DNA of 64,000 nucleotides from Owenia fusiformis (Eukaryota): NCBI GenBank assembly GCA_903813345.2, contig CAIIXF020000001.1, positions 3,658,001 to 3,722,000 of the forward strand, read 5' to 3'. Shown piece by piece: positions 63,684 to 64,000 of this stretch (position 1 is its first letter; each line of letters starts with the position of its first letter). The notes under the pieces were generated by a model. It saw only the letters and a program-made list of their open reading frames with translations, ran no database searches and was not told where the DNA came from. The position numbers and the translations under genes were made by a program.

Positions 63684-64000
63684 CTGAAAAGCAAGATACA
63701 ATATACTGAGATAGATAATTTCATACCAACAGCATAACTATAGCCAGGGTGACTGTCAACAGTGAACACTTCTATTAGAGTAGCTCAAAATAATATTTTT
63801 TAAAAGTCATGCTCCAGGCATAAGCTTCCTTTTTGGGTAACTGATGTGTGATTTTGACAAATTGTTTTGTCATCTCTTACCTATCACAGCCCTTCAAGGC
63901 TTGAAGTTGCCCCGTAGGATAAAAAGTTAGTGGGTATCACCCATGTTTCATTTAATGTATCATTTTGGGTGCTTTATTTGAATTTCTTGTGATAACATTT

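Overview
AT-rich, intron-rich animal (invertebrate-like) genomic DNA; the species cannot be determined from the sequence. Six protein-coding genes were reconstructed by hand with frame-consistent GT-AG splicing. (1) RNF207, + strand, 13 coding exons. (2) A class A GPCR with an intronless CDS, nested antisense in RNF207 intron 3. (3) POLR2K/RPB12, - strand, with a U12-type minor intron. (4) An Emi1/Emi2 (FBXO5/FBXO43) APC/C inhibitor, + strand, head-to-head with POLR2K as in vertebrates. (5) TSEN34, - strand, 5' end outside the window. (6) A secreted serpin nested same-strand in a TSEN34 intron, with an apparent extra C-terminal exon encoding an 8-Cys (CX3C-repeat) module. Non-coding DNA is dense in non-autonomous DNA elements: a MULE-like > Transib-like > Helentron-like nest, Tc1-like and 5-bp-TSD MITEs, five double-palindrome elements, minisatellites, a Penelope-like hammerhead variant and tRNA-like fragments. 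No transposase ORF, CRISPR array or prokaryotic system is supported. The strongest novelty candidate is the serpin plus Cys module; all assignments rest on manual reading, without database searches.
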